DNA of 63,855 bases, counting the filler, from Conidiobolus incongruus B7586 (taxonomy: Eukaryota): the NCBI GenBank assembly GCA_000697335.1. It is 18 parts of 18 records of this genome, joined end to end, with 100 filler letters (N's around TTAATTAATTAA, not from the genome) between each part and the next. Parts side by side here need not be neighbours in the genome. Positions count along the whole stretch, not along the records: positions 37,442 to 38,594 come from JNEM01005869.1; positions 38,695 to 40,117 come from JNEM01005871.1; positions 40,218 to 41,620 come from JNEM01005873.1; positions 41,721 to 54,620 come from JNEM01005875.1; 14 more parts are not named here. One strand, given 5' to 3'. Within the stretch, counting starts at the first letter, position 1; each line of letters begins with the position of its first letter. A program made the translations under genes and the position numbers. The notes beneath the pieces are model-generated. The model ran no database searches and was not told the origin of the DNA. It saw nothing but the letters and a program-made list of their open reading frames with translations. This document shows positions 37,442 to 52,577 of this stretch, one piece after another.

Positions 37442-38594
37442 TTATAAAATTAAAGATATCAATATTTTTACTAGTTATTAATTGATTTTATTTTGTAATT
37501 TAAATAATAGGAATTTTTTTGATTAAAAAAAATAAACATTTTAATATATAACAAATAAAAATCAATATTTAATATAAATTTTATTTTTTTTATTTTTAAT
37601 CACTTTTTGCTATATTTTTAATTAATTTTTAATATATAAAAAATGTACTTTTTATTAAAGACTAAAATTTGATATTTTATAAATTAATTAGATTTTTCTA
37701 TAAATTTTTTTTTCTATGAATTTGTTTTTTAATTACCTAAAATAATAATAATCATATAGGTTATAATTTAAAAAATATATTAGATAAGATAATTCTTTCC
37801 AGTTATTTTTGATTAAAAATATTTTTTTAACTTTGACTTTATATATTTTATAATTATTATAAAGAATAATAAATCCTCTCAAATTATATTAACAATACTA
37901 ATTAGAAATAATTTTATTTGAAAAACCATATAAAATTAATTATTAATTTATTTTCCTTTAAGAATTAAATAAAAATAACATATTTTATTATAATTTATTA
38001 TAATAATCAACATTTATTTATTAATAAAATGTTTATTTAAAGGAATTTATAAAGGAGGTTGATTTAACCTAATCTAATATCTTGATTTATATTTTGATAA
38101 AAGATTATACAAAAGGATTTAAGATTCATCAATTATAAAAATTTGCTATAAAAATCTCAATTTTTAGCTATATCTTAGTAAGTTTTATATAGTGATAATT
38201 ACTCTAATCTTTTTTAAACTTCAGTTGAATTATAAATTACTGATTTTATATTTTTATTAATTAACTTTAATTCAAATTTTAATATATAAAATACTTATAT
38301 GACTAATATCTAAATGTCTTGATAATTCTTTATATGAAATAAAAGGGTGTTTTTTAATATATTTTTTTATTATTTTAATAATTAAAACAATAACAATTAA
38401 GATTAATTTTTTAAATTTTAGCAAGTTTTAGATAATATCTTTTTTAATCATAAAGTAATATATCTAATAATAAATTATTAATTTAGATAATATTTTAATT
38501 TCAAATATTGCTTGTAAACTTTTGAATAATTTTAAAAGATTTATGGTTTAGCTTTAATGATACTATAATAAAAGATTTTTAATAATTATTATTT
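37442..38594 (-). mobile_element. Degenerate mariner family A copy
   Basis: Collinear with other copies; minus strand QIFIIDES*I at ~38120-38146. Confidence 0.8.
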
Positions 38595-40217
38595 NNNNNN
38601 NNNNNNNNNNNNNNNNNNNNNNNNNNNNNNNNNNNNNNTTAATTAATTAANNNNNNNNNNNNNNNNNNNNNNNNNNNNNNNNNNNNNNNNNNNNATTATT
38701 ATATTTGTTTAAATAAAAGTTAAATAAATTAATATTAAACAATAATCAATAATTTTATAAAGTTTATATTAAATAATTTTTTGAAAATAACTTTAAATCA
38801 ATATATTAATAAAAATATTTTAAAATATACTCTAGACTATCGAGTCCTTTTTATAAGCTAAATATTATATTTAAAATAATTTCATTAATTAAGTTATATT
38901 ATTATATAACGTTATTATATTTTAACAATCTTTTTATTAATAATTATTTAATTTTTGATCTTTATTATTAATGATATTAAAATATTATATTTGAAGGATT
39001 TATTTTTAAATTAATTATTTTAATTAAAAAAATTTATTATCTATTTAATATATTATACAAAAATTACTAACATTTTTGATTTATATATAAAATCAAATAA
39101 TTAATTTTGAATTTCATTTCAATATTCTTTATAAATATAATATTTTTATTATAATATTATTAGTTTTTAATATAATCAAATATATTATTATTATATATTA
39201 TTAATTAATTAAGTATATTAAAACAAACTAATATTAATTTTTAAAAATCTAAGGTTATTATCTTGCTATATTTTATTATAACAATAAAATTTTTAATAAT
39301 TTATAAATTAAAAATAAGAAATATTTATTCGTTTTAATATATATTTATAATAATAATTAATTTTTGAATTAGGTTTTAGCTTAATATCTAGTAATTTCAA
39401 AAAACATAACTTTATAAACTATATATTAATAATGATTTTTAAGATTATATAACATGTATTTATTTATGTAGTTAATATTAATTTATCATTTATTTAAAAT
39501 TATAATATTATTTTAATTTCCCTTATATATTTTAATATTTATCTTAATATATAAGAAAAAGTTATTATACTTTTAAATAAAAAAATATCAAAAAATTTTT
39601 ATAATAAACTTTCATTAATTCTGAAATATTATATTTTAATCATATAAATTCTTATAATTTTAGATTTTTTTAAAATGGTTTTTTACTCCTATAATATCAT
39701 AATTTAATCATATTATTATTATTATTATAATATTAGTTACATCTTTTTAACTTATTTAATTTTTATTTATTTTATCATATTTTATCCTATTTTATCTTTA
39801 AACCATTATCAATTTTAATATATAAAAGGGAGAAACCTTATTAAAAAAATCATTATTTAATTAATCTTATAAAAAAAGCTCTCTTTGATTTATTTATTAC
39901 TAAACTAATTTAGTAATTAGGGTCAGTTATATTTTCATAATTTTGATATAAGGATGATATATTTTTATTAATATTAATTAAATAATAAATTTAAGATTCA
40001 TATTAAATTTAAAATATATTTTTTTAAAGATAATATTGCTTATATATTTTCAAATATTATTATAATTTAATTATTATTGGCTATTAATATAATAATAATA
40101 ATAAATTTATTATAAATNNNNNNNNNNNNNNNNNNNNNNNNNNNNNNNNNNNNNNNNNNNNTTAATTAATTAANNNNNNNNNNNNNNNNNNNNNNNNNNN
40201 NNNNNNNNNNNNNNNNN

Positions 40218-41613
40218 TAGGTGTTAGAAGTTTGCCAAAAGTATGGCAAAAAGTTATTAATAATAAAAGAAACTATTAAATTTATATTATATATTTATTT
40301 TTATATATCATATATTCAAATGTTTATTTATTTTTAATAATGGGAATTTTTTGTGATTAAAAATAAATAAACATTTTAATATATAATATATAAAAATAAG
40401 TATATAATAAATATTTAATAATTTCTTTTATTATTATTAACTTTTTGTTATATTTTTAGTAAATTTCTAATACTTATAAAATAATTCTTTTTATTTAACA
40501 ATTGAAATTAAATATTTCAAATATTAGTTAAATTTTTTCACAAAAATTTTCTTTCCTATAAGCTAGTTTTTTAATTATCTAAAATAATTATAATTTTATA
40601 GGTTATAATCTAAAAAATATATTAGATATGGTAGTTTTTTCCTTTTATTTTTTATTAGAAAGTTTTTTATAACTTTAAATTTATATATTTTGCAACTATC
40701 ATGCAAAATAATAGGTTTTCTGAAATTATATTAAGAACACCAATTAGAAATACTTTTATTTAAAAAAGTAATATTAAGTTTACTATTAGTTGATTTTCCT
40801 AGAGAAATTAAATAAGAATAGAATATACCATTATAATCTATAATAATAATTAATATTTATATATTAATAAAATAATAATTTAAAGGAATTTATAGAGGGG
40901 GTTGATATAGTTTAATCTAGTATCTTGATTTGTGTTTTGATAAAAAATCATATATAGAGATTTAAGATTCATTAATTTTAATTATTTGCTATAAAAGTTT
41001 AAGCTTCTAGTGATATTTTAATAAGTTTTGTTTAACAATAGCTATGTTAATTTTTTTCTAAGCTTTAGTTAAATTATATAATATTTATTTATATTTTTAT
41101 TTATTAATTTAAATTTAAACTTAATATATATAAAATATTTATTAAACTAATATTAAAATAATTAGATAATTCTTTAATTAAAATAAAAAAGGTATTTTTA
41201 ATACATTTTTTTATTCTATTAATAATTAAAAAAATAATTGTTAAAGTTGGTATTTTAGATTTTAATAGATTTTGGATAGTTTCTTTCTTAGCTTAAAAAT
41301 AATTAACTAGTAATTAATTGTTGATTTAAATAATATTTAATTATTAAAAGCTGTTTGTAAATTTTAAATAATTTTAGAAAACTTATGGTTAAGTTTTATT
41401 GAAATTAAAATAAAAGACTTTTGATAATTATTATCTAGTTAAAATATAATTAAATTAAATAATCAATTTTAAAAAGTAAACTTTTTAATCAAAAAATTTA
41501 TTATATATATAATATCATATTAACTTTGTTTATATTTATTTATTTCAAATTAATAATATATTTGAAAAATCAAAAATTAAAAAACTTCCTATTATTTTAA
41601 ATTCAAGATAATA
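40218..41613 (-). mobile_element. Near-full-length degenerate mariner family A copy (plus a short inverted 3' fragment at ~40218-40330)
   Basis: ~1.3 kb; ILHDSCKIYK on minus strand at ~40680-40710; 5' TIR-like end at ~41560-41613. Confidence 0.82.
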
Positions 41614-44113
41614 TTATATTNNNNNNNNNNNNNNNNNNNNNNNNNNNNNNNNNNNNNNNNNNNNTTAATTAATTAANNNNNNNNNNNNNNNNNNNNNNNN
41701 NNNNNNNNNNNNNNNNNNNNAATAAATTTATATATGATTTTAATAATAAAAAAAATACAAGGCAATTGATAGCTTTTATTTAACTTAAGTATAATTACCT
41801 CAAGTAATAAATTTAAAAAAAGTAATATTTTTGATAAAAAAAACCATAAATATTGAATTTAAAATTATATATAATCTTAATTATTTTATAGATAATTTTT
41901 TTAAAATTAAATAATAAAAAATTCCCTTTTGTTTGGTGTAAAAATAAAATATTGAAATTTATATTAAAAAATCATATAGTAATTTTGATATATTTTATAA
42001 AGTTCTATTAGAACTAATTAAATTAATATATAAAAACTTATTCAAATAAACTTTAAAATAATATTATCAATAATTTGAAATGATACTATAATATTTAACT
42101 TATATTTGTATTAAAAATTATTTTATAAATTTTTTAAATTAAAACATGATCCTTTATTTAAAACCCATTGGTATAATATAAAATTTAATTCTTTATAAAT
42201 CAATTATTATATTAAATATTAAGGTATTTAAAAAATATTATAATTAATTAAAATAGTCAATCCATACTACATAAAACGTGATAAATGAATATAATAAATA
42301 TAAAATTAAAATGTAATGTTGTGAATTCTAGGATATTATCACTTAAAGTTGATTAATAAATATAATTTTAATATAATTTTAATATAATTTGGATTGAAAT
42401 TAGATTTAAACCAATTAAAAAGTTTTTCAATTGTATATTTTTACTATTCCCTAAGCTTAGTATATATCCAATAATAAATAATCGTAATAAAAAAATTAAA
42501 AATTCTTTTACGTTACAATTTAGACATAATATATCAAATAAGATTTGTATATATTTGAATATGAGCTCCTAAATATATATGAATCAAAATCAATTTAATT
42601 ATAGAATAATTACATTAATTTGAATATTTAAAAGTGAAAGTTTAAGGAAAAACAATAGTACTAATAACAATAAAGATAGACTACTAGGTGATGTGATTGA
42701 TATCAGTAATATAATAATTAATATACAAATAAAAATTATTTTACAAAAAATGTAACTTTATTAATATATTAGTATTCCTTAATTATGGTTGTTGTAAATT
42801 TGTTTTATAATAAAGAATAAAATATGTCTAAATCCAAAATTATTATCATAATATTAAATAAGAAATTTATCAAAATAGTGTATAATCTAATAATAAAGCG
42901 AGGGATGTAAACCTAGTATCAGAAGATATTAAAATATAAGTTATCTTAAATTAATAGATGATTTCATCAGTGATAATTTATTAACTTTATTAATATTGAA
43001 TAATGGTGCTTTGTAGCAATATAAATTAATAACATTTTGATATATTACTCTCAGAAATTGAGATTGCTTAATGAAAATATATACCATTTTTATCGTTATA
43101 TTAAGCATTGATTAAGAAATTTTCAGTTGTTGATTATTTATTAAACATTCATTTGAACAGATATATCATCTATTAATTTCTAAAGTAGATAATAAATTTC
43201 CATACAACAGAATATGAGTTTTTCAATGTCAAACAAGAAGAAATTTATTAAGTGCTTTGTGCTCATTATAAAAATATTATTTCAAAATACACTAATATGA
43301 TGAAAAAATATGCGATAAAGCAAAATATATAAAATTAATGTAATTAAAATGTTAGGAGATTATGTGAGTAGAGTGAGATGAACTGATACTTAGTGGTAAT
43401 ATAATGATTATTTGATGTCATTCAGTTGAACTCAATAGCTTTTACTTTACAAAATAATTATGGATATTGTGCATTTTACTATAATATGCATATCTTTGAA
43501 AAAAAAATTCGCTCAGTTTAATATTATATGCTGTAACATGATATATATATATATTAATAGATGTCTATATCAAATAAAAATTTTCAATCTGCTTATATAA
43601 AATAATATAATATAAATGCTAAGCTAAATTAATGATATAAATTATATAAAATTTTAAATTCAATATTTTGATGGAAATTTTAATATTTAATTTGAATTTT
43701 GATTTATTAGCAAGATCCTAATATACCATATTACAGTTATTTTCCCATGAGAAATAAGTTCAAATATATTGAATTATATCAAATGTATTCAAATTCTGTT
43801 CTAAATATTATTTAAAAATTGAAACAAAGTGCAAACTTTTTTGGATTTTTATAATAGAAAAATAATTTTGTTATATGTTTGAGTTAAAAATGTAATGAAA
43901 AATCAAAAAAAAATATAAATTTCATCAATTTGTATTTAAATTATTGACTTGTTTTCTTATATATTATCACTAATCAATTAATAATCTAATGTAATTTATA
44001 TGAATAAAATTATGGGATAATAACAAATATTGTAACTTACATTATTCGTCATTACCTGTCATTTTATTGCTTTTGTTTAATTTTAATCCATTTTAACAAA
44101 ACAATAATACAAT

Positions 44114-45463
44114 ATGAAATTAACTGTCAGAACTTTAGATCAAAAAACATTCACAATTGAAGTTCAGCCTACAACTAAGGTATATAATTAGATTATATAA
44201 TTATAATCTCCTGAGAGTTAAATTAAATTTTTCAACTAAATACTGTATTCCTGAACAATTAATAATTATTTTTAAATAATAGATTGCTGAAATTAAGTCG
44301 ATGCTTCAAGAACAAAAGGGCTATCCTGTTGAGAATCAAAAAATTATCTTTTCAGGTTTGTATAATTTATAATTTATTATTCAAATTCTCATTTTTCTTT
44401 TTAGGTAAAATTCTCACCGACGAAACTACAGTAGAAGAATGCCAATTTGAAGAAAAGTCCTTCATTGTCGTCATGGTTTCAAAAGTAATTTATATTAATT
44501 AATTTTAGAATTTTTGATATTCATAATATTTTTAGCCTAAAAAAGCTGCCCCTACTACCTCTCAAGCTACTCCTGCTGAAGCGCCGAAAGCTGCTCCTGC
44601 TCCTGTTCCTGCTCCTGCTGCTACCGAAGCTCCCGCTCAGTCAGAAACCCAAGCTGTTTCCTCTACTCCCGAAACCACTTCACAGCAATCTTCTTTCGAC
44701 CCTACTGGAATTGGTAAATATTATATTTGTCTTCTCCAAAATTTTATTAATAATATATTTTACAGCTACAGGTTCGGATTATGAAAGATCTGTCCAAAAC
44801 CTCATGGAACTTGGATTTGATAGAGACCAAGTTGTCAGAGCTATGAGAGCTAGTTTCAATAATCCAGATAGAGCTGCCGATTATCTTTTCAATGGAATTC
44901 CCGCTGGATTAGGCGATCCTGAACCTCAAGCCGATGAATCTCAAGCTGATATCGATAGTGAATCACAACTTGAAGGTGAAGCTTTAGCCGGCGATAGCCA
45001 ACACTCTGACCCCAACTCTTCCGTGGATATGTCCAATTTATTCTTAGCTGCACAAGAAAGAGCTAATGCTAATGCCCCTAATCAAACTGAGGCAATGGCT
45101 CGTTTAGCTGAATTGCGTAACTCACCCCAATTCCAACAATTCCGTGCTGCTATTCAACAAAATCCCAGCTTACTTCAACCTCTTTTAGCCCAAATCGGCA
45201 GATCTAATCCCGAATTTTTGAGTTTAATCAATTCCAATCAAACCGCTTTTCTCGACCTTTTAAGTGGAGATTTGGATGGTGGAGATCATGGAGATGACGA
45301 TGGTCACCAATATATTCAAGTTACACCAGAAGAAAAGGAGGCCATTGATAGATTAGAAAGTCTAGGATTCGAAAGATCTATTGTCATTCAAGCATATTTT
45401 GCATGTGACAAGAATGAAGAGCTAACTGCTAATTATTTGTTCGAACATGGACACGAAGAATAA
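44114..45463 (+). CDS. RAD23: UV excision repair protein / proteasome shuttle Rad23; exons 44114-44179, 44283-44355, 44405-44484, 44536-44713, 44766-45463
   Basis: UBL (MKLTVRTLDQKTFTIEV..QKIIFSGKIL), UBA1 (MELGFDRDQVVRAMRASFNNPDRAADYL), XPC-binding (LRNSPQFQQFR..NP.LLQPLL), UBA2 (QAYFACDKNEELTANYLF). Confidence 0.96.
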
Positions 45464-48107
45464 TTGCCATCATTTATTAACTGTATCATTTCTTCATCGT
45501 TTCAAGCAATATATTATGATTACAACATATTTTATTAAATTAATTTAGCTTATTCAAGGTTTTATTTTAAATATACTTTAATACCTTCTCAATAACTTTA
45601 ATTTTTATTACATTTCAATATATTACTTATAATTGTTCAATTATTGCTATTTAGTCATTTTTAGTATATTTTAAAATTGATTCGAAGAGGGAGCTCTATT
45701 TATACATTCTTTTCAAATTTAAATTATACTCCTATTTCTTCCTCTTAACTAGAGCATGAAATTGTACCTAATTCATCTTTGAATTCTAAAATTGCTTTAC
45801 CATAGTCATTGGTTTCGATATTTCCATTATGTAAAATATGATTATTATCTATATCAATGTAACATTTTAGATATATTTAAAGAATATTACAGTTATCCTA
45901 ATAACACCATATGCGTATTAAGCAGATCCATGTTCCCCTTTCAATTGAATGACTTCTATTTGAATTATATCTTCTCTATTCCGTAATATCAGTATCTACT
46001 ATTTCCAAATTAGAAAATTTGATCTATTCCAAATACCTAGTTTAGCAAGTTGAAATTTCACTACACCTTTTTTAATTTCTATAATGAAAAACTTAGTGCA
46101 AATATATCCAAATTATTTATTTGTGAAGTAATTTATCAAATCTTTGAGTGTGAATAGAAAGTTTATACTATTGCTAATTATTTATGACATATATTGAATA
46201 ATAATTATCTAAGAAATTGTTACTATACCCCTTTTATCATAAGGAAATGCAATTAAAAAGCCATTAATTATTTATTACAGGAATATTAGAATAATCATTT
46301 GATATTGTTATTCAATTTAAATTTTAATTCCATTATATTTAATAATAATAATAATAATTTTTAATACATTGTAATTTTTATACTTGGCAGATATCAGACG
46401 ATAATTAGAACTTGAAAAAAGTACTTTATGAATTGATCTTAGATTTTAATGATGAACTCAGATAATAAATTATCTATTCAAAATATTATGACAATCATTA
46501 TCTATTAATAAAATTATACATAATAAATAAAATTGATTTAGTTTATAAATTTGGATTGAATAAAGAGATTACCATTTTATGATTATTTTTAATATTTCTA
46601 AATTAATAATATTAATATATTCAGAGTTTAATATTTAAAATGGTCATAATGTAATATGATTTTTACTATTCAATATAAATTCCACAAAATATATTACATA
46701 ATATTATATAGAATGTGGATATATTTTGATTAATATTTATAATAAGGCTCAGAATAATACCATTAATACTAATGATGTTGTTATAATTTAGTGATAATTG
46801 TATTGAACTTGGAATCGAATAAAAAATTTGTTTATTATTTAATCGTCAAAAAAAGTAATATATGCTTAATATTTGGCAAAATTCAATACTTATATAAATT
46901 AGAGCTTTGATTACAAGCATTTTAGAATCAATTTATAAATATCTAATTATGATCAGAATTAATATTTTTTTAAAAAACATATTTATAGTGGTCTAATTTT
47001 CTATTTTAAATTAAAATTTTAGGAACTTATTGATTATTTATGATAATTAAATAAAATATAGTTTATATATTTTTTTTGTAGAACAAAATAAAAATTTAGT
47101 ATTTATCAAAGAGAAAAAACTGGCATTTTATATACTATATTTAATTAAATATACTAAAATTAAAATTAGGATATATAAATTAAATTTTGAGACTATTAGC
47201 AAATAATTAGATATTAAAAACGAGTAAAATTAATTTAACAAATATTGTTTTAATAAATTGGTTTTAATATAACCCTGATAATTAATATTAAGTTTCAAAT
47301 CACAGTGTATTGTGATATATTAGCTCGGTATAGATGGTTTAATATTATGATACATAGTAGAATATTAATTTTTGAAATTGAATTCCTGAAACTTTGTTTT
47401 TACCTTAATGAGTTATTATATCATATTAAATTATGAATACTATTGATTAATTTTTTTGAATCTAATAATATAAAATCAACTTATTTAATATTTGAATGAA
47501 TATTATTTTCAATTATCATTCAAACCTAATTAAACAACTGATCCTAAAAGATCTATTGCAAACTATTTCAAGAAAACTAGGTGACTGAGTATTGATTGAA
47601 ACAATTGTATGACTATAACCAACGTGCCATTAATTTAGTGTGAAATGGATATACTATATTGGTGGGAAAGATACTTAGAAATAAATGAAAATAATATATT
47701 TGATCCAATCAATATCTATAGAATAGTTCTATTGACTAGTAATAATAACAATCATAATAATATTGATATTTATTCTGCTCCCTAATTGATTTTACTCCTT
47801 CTGGTTTTAGACTTTGGTTTTGTAGGAGTTTAATGGGGTTTGCAAAATTGGAATATGGTTTTTGTGCGAATGAATTTCATTGGTTTGAATGTTTTCAGAG
47901 ACGTTTCTCTGCTCAAATAGGAATTTTTATTTAACTCAGTGCGGGCACTGATTTCAGTAATTAATGGGTCTTTAAGGAGGTGACAGCTCTTTAACACTAT
48001 AAATACACAGTGATATCCTACTCTGTTCTTGATTTTGTTTGTAAGAAGATTGTATTTGACTATACATTACTTCAATTTTGAATGTTATAATTTAATTTGT
48101 AATCAAC

Positions 48108-50042
48108 ATGACCTCATCAATTGTTCCCCAACCTATTCCTAATAATTTGTCAAAGACTGAAATCAATATTCCGTTACCTTCAATACTTCATCAATACCCA
48201 AATTTTCGGCACCCAGTCAAATCCAAATCTTTTCCCACAAGAATCTCTCCAAAAAGCTTTATTAATAATGTCATCAAAAAATCATTTAATGCATTGAATC
48301 CTCAGATCTTGCCATCTTTAAACGAGAAGGTAACTCCTACTCCTACTACGCTACGAAGCAAGCGTTATTCAGAAATCAGGTCAGACTCAGACTCTCAAAG
48401 ATCCAGTACATTAATCCTGACCAGCCAGCTGCAGATTGAAGAATTAAAGAATGGTCACTACTTGCATTCTAAATCCTACAATACTTGCCTTCAATTTGGC
48501 CAAAAGTCAGAGGTATTCCCGATCCCAGCTTTTCAAGTAGACAGCACCCTCTCTGATAGACTACGAATTCTCCTTCCAACTAGGCTGTATCTCAACTTGA
48601 ATTTATGCTCTGTCAACGCCAAAAATCCACCGATATCTGACTTCAGCGATAAGGAGCAGCCAACCTCAATTCCTTGGCCAGCTTACTATCCAAAAGAATG
48701 TCCTGATCATAACTATGTTCCTAACAACACCAAACTCAAGGCCACGACGCTGCCCAATCTGATCCATCAGCTCTCTTGTTATGGAGTAACAGATAACAAT
48801 TTAATGATTGACTTTTTGCGAATTTATCACTATGTTGTTTCTAGTCATGATTTCTTAAGATTGATCCTTGCAAGATACATTAATGGTATATTTTATTTGG
48901 AAAATTATGAAAGGAATTTGAATGAAACAAGCGAAAATAATGAAATCATGGAAGAAGATAGAGAGTGGATCAACATTATTCAGTTCAAAGTGCTCAATCT
49001 ATTGAAGAAATGGGTTCATCACTATCAAGGCATTATTCAACAAGATGTCCGCTTGACCCGATTTATTCAAGATATTCTCGACTTTATTGCAACGACAGAA
49101 CCAACCAGAGAACCCTTCGTCCAGTCAATGATTAGAGACCTTCAGCCCAATTACTTAAATTTATTATATCAGTTGAATAACTCGAGTACAAATCGTGTGC
49201 TTCAGCTTGGATTAGATCTCAAAATGCTCATGCATCCCACTTCTCCTCAGTTTGATCACCAGTTTCCAATGAATAACTATTATATTCTCAATCTTGATAT
49301 TGATCATCTAGCACAGCAAATTACTCTCATTGAACATCGTCTATTCTGCTCAATCAGACCTGAGGAGCTGTATCACCAAACTTGGAATGATCGCAATCAC
49401 CGTCACCTTACCTCTCCCCACGTCTGGACTCTCATTCAGTTATTCAATCAAGTGGCCAACTGGGTCACCCATACCATCCTCCATTCGACCTCCTCTAACT
49501 TTCGCAGCCAAGTTTTGATTAAGTTCATCAAATTAGCAAACAGATGCTATCAGTTGAATAACTTCAACACTCCTTTTGAGATCCTGGCTGGTCTTCATGC
49601 AACCGGAATCACTAAGCTATATTCCGTGTGGGAGTCAATTCCACCTAAAACCAAACAAATGTATAATACCTTAAGTCAAGCTCTTTCCCATCAAGATAAC
49701 TATAAATTCTACCGCACTAAGCTCAAGCAACTTCAGAATCCAAATCAGTTCCCTATCTTGCCATTTATTGGAATTACTTTGACAGACCTTGTATTTAGTG
49801 AGAATGGGAATCCTACTTATCTCACTAAGCAGTCACATCCCAATTTGAAACATCCAGAGAAAGCCGGACTACCTTTGGTAAATGTGAGCAAATTGAGACT
49901 AATGAGCAAAATAATGGACCAACTTCAGCAATTCCAGACAATGACTTACGATTTCGAAGATGATTTTTGTCTTCAATTCTGGCTTGTCGTCCAGCTTGTT
50001 CAATCTATTTCGAATGAAGAGAATGCGAAAATACCTCAATAA
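48108..50042 (+). CDS. Ras guanine-nucleotide exchange factor (REM + CDC25 domains)
   Basis: ATTLPNLI..L, VLNLLKKWV, LAQQITLIEHRLF..IRPEE, FN.VANWV, LNNFNT, ILPFIGITLTDLVF.ENGNP, LVNVSKLR. Confidence 0.92.
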   Translation: MTSSIVPQPIPNNLSKTEINIPLPSILHQYPNFRHPVKSKSFPTRISPKSFINNVIKKSFNALNPQILPSLNEKVTPTPTTLRSKRYSEIRSDSDSQRSSTLILTSQLQIEELKNGHYLHSKSYNTCLQFGQKSEVFPIPAFQVDSTLSDRLRILLPTRLYLNLNLCSVNAKNPPISDFSDKEQPTSIPWPAYYPKECPDHNYVPNNTKLKATTLPNLIHQLSCYGVTDNNLMIDFLRIYHYVVSSHDFLRLILARYINGIFYLENYERNLNETSENNEIMEEDREWINIIQFKVLNLLKKWVHHYQGIIQQDVRLTRFIQDILDFIATTEPTREPFVQSMIRDLQPNYLNLLYQLNNSSTNRVLQLGLDLKMLMHPTSPQFDHQFPMNNYYILNLDIDHLAQQITLIEHRLFCSIRPEELYHQTWNDRNHRHLTSPHVWTLIQLFNQVANWVTHTILHSTSSNFRSQVLIKFIKLANRCYQLNNFNTPFEILAGLHATGITKLYSVWESIPPKTKQMYNTLSQALSHQDNYKFYRTKLKQLQNPNQFPILPFIGITLTDLVFSENGNPTYLTKQSHPNLKHPEKAGLPLVNVSKLRLMSKIMDQLQQFQTMTYDFEDDFCLQFWLVVQLVQSISNEENAKIPQ

Positions 50043-51422
50043 TTAAATTTCAAACTCAATATTATCTGTATATTATGCCATCCTCGCCAATAGAATAAAT
50101 GCTAAGTCTACTCAAGTCTACCAAAAATAGACCTGAAACAGGAAAATATTTTAATTAATTTCCATACGCCTCCATCCACTAAGATGAATTCAGACAAAGA
50201 GTTATGAAGACTAGTCAATTCTAAATCAAATTACTCCTTTCACTCCATCCACACTCAAAGCCAATTTAATTAATCAATAAATCCAACCCCTAAAAATTAA
50301 AATGAATTCACTAAATTATTGTTAAAATAAATATTTTCAAGTTTATCATCATATTACACCACCATTATTATAAAATATATTCTAGAATGTGTTAAATTTG
50401 GATATTATTGTCAATACTGTTTTATATTTATCTAATGGTTTTCAATTTTCTATTAAAATACCTTAATAATATTATATAGAAGAGAATACTTTTTCATTAG
50501 TTGAAAATCTGTTGGTTTATATTAGATAATCATGATAATCAGTAATGTTAACAATTACAAAATATAAGATATTAAGAATAAAAATAATTTTCAAATTGGA
50601 GAAATATCATTTTTTATGAATTATATTTTTTATTTCAAATTGAAATGATCAATTATAATTAACTAAGAATATAAGAATGCAAGGGAAATATAATTAATTG
50701 CTATTTAACCATTAAAGTACTTTTGGTTAAAGAGCAACCCAAATACCCCATACTTGACTAATCAATTTAAAATTATCAAGTTTTAATTAAATATAATAAA
50801 TGTTATAAAATTTCATAATATATCAAAATTTTTATGTGAGATTTTAGGTATATTAATTAAATATTATAAAATATTATAAATAATAGACTTACAGGAATAT
50901 TATTGAAGAATAATTCTAAAATGTTAAATATTTATCAAATATTTTTGTATCTTAATAAAAAATTTGAAATTTAAAAACATAATTTTCAAACTACTATAAA
51001 GTTACTTGATTTATATTAATATATTAATAATGATTATAACATATTTAAAAAGATAAATAATATAACAAATATTTAATAATATAGTATATAATAAATATAT
51101 ATTAATAACTAAGGTTAATTGATAGACAAATACAGTATATAGTTCAATATTTATTTTGAACTAATTAATATATATAGAAATTAATTAAATATTGGTGTCT
51201 TACTATGTAAAAATATATAAAATAATGCTTGAACAATTCTTACATTATTTAATTATATAAGTTTAGAATAAATGATTGAAAAATAGAAGAGATAAAATAC
51301 AAATCTTCAGTGTTTTTAACATTGGTAATATGATATAGAATGAAATACAAATGGCAAAAATTATATAATAAAAAAAATTTAATTACAAACTAAAATTTAA
51401 ATATGTCTTCAAAATTCAATAA

Positions 51423-52577
51423 CTAGCCTTTGTTATATCTATTTCCCCAGCCTCTAGGATTATGATCTTTGTATTCGTCTTCTTCCCTCTTTTTATAGGT
51501 TTCTGCATCTTGTGCTTCATAATCATTATCATCAATCTCAGGTTTTGTAGGTCTTTCCCTATAACAATGTATTAATACTCGAGACAAATATATCATATTA
51601 CTATATTATACCCTCCACCAGTCAAGAAATTGCCCATTTCCATTTGTTTTTGCAAATACTCGTCAATAGTCATTGTCGGTAATCGCCAGCTGGGTCTAAA
51701 AACTTGATCTCTGAGCTCTTGTTGCTTGCCTGTAATGACGAAGGGTCTAAGAGGCTAAATCAAATATATTGATAAGAAATCATAATCTTAATCTAAGTTA
51801 TAAACTTACTCTGCCTGATTTATCCATAAGCGGTCCTGACTGATTAACTTTAGGAATATTATCCAATCTCCATTCATTGTCTTCTTTTCTAGTATCAGCT
51901 GAATTGGAACTTGGCTCGGGACGAGGTGGCATCATAGCCAAGACATCAAGTTCCTGAGCTATTGAAGTAAGTTCGTTAAAAGTTTTATTGATGTATAGCT
52001 TTATTTTTGATGTGAGCAAATCACGAAGCATATCGTCTCTATCTTCTTCATTTTCAGAACTAGGACCTTCATCGAGCTTTTGCTGCAAATCTTTTATATC
52101 TTGCTCCAAAGCCTTTTCTCGTTTATATCTATTAATTTTAACTTCGCGGCTTTCCAACTTAATGGGACCAGCATTGTCGCCACTTTCAAAAGCTGAAAGG
52201 CGCTCCTTGTCTGTTTTGTCCAAAAGATCATAATTATCAGCTAATTTCAAAAAACTAATAAATAAGTTTCGAGCAATTTGTAAGGATGCTTTTCTGTCTT
52301 CAGTGATAAGTTTTAATTCAAGTTGTGCTAAATAATATTGATTTATCATCAGTTTGATAGCTGAAGTACTTAATTCTTCAAAAAATTCATTGTCACTATA
52401 TAAATTAAGACTTCTAGTCATTTGCTCAATATTAGAAAATTGAGCTAAGAGGGCATTTACTTTTTGTTGAAATTCAGGATCATTAGTTCTCAAGCTAGAA
52501 TTTTCTAAGGTATCGTATTCATTTTGAGCTTGGTCGAATATTTGACCCACATTAAGGGACAGATTCTCCATCTTCAT
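51423..52577 (-). CDS. TAP42: PP2A-associated protein Tap42/alpha4; exons 52577-51810, 51754-51612, 51558-51423
   Basis: LYSDNE..EEL.T..IK, REVKINRYKREK, spliced GR|PLRPFVIT..VFRPSWRLPTMTIDEYL and DEYKDHNPRGWGNRYNKG*. Confidence 0.93.

Noticed and set aside
38695..40117. AT-rich contig as a LINE/DIRS reverse-transcriptase relic
   Set aside because: Only a YINND-like string was found, with no supporting motifs; left uncalled.
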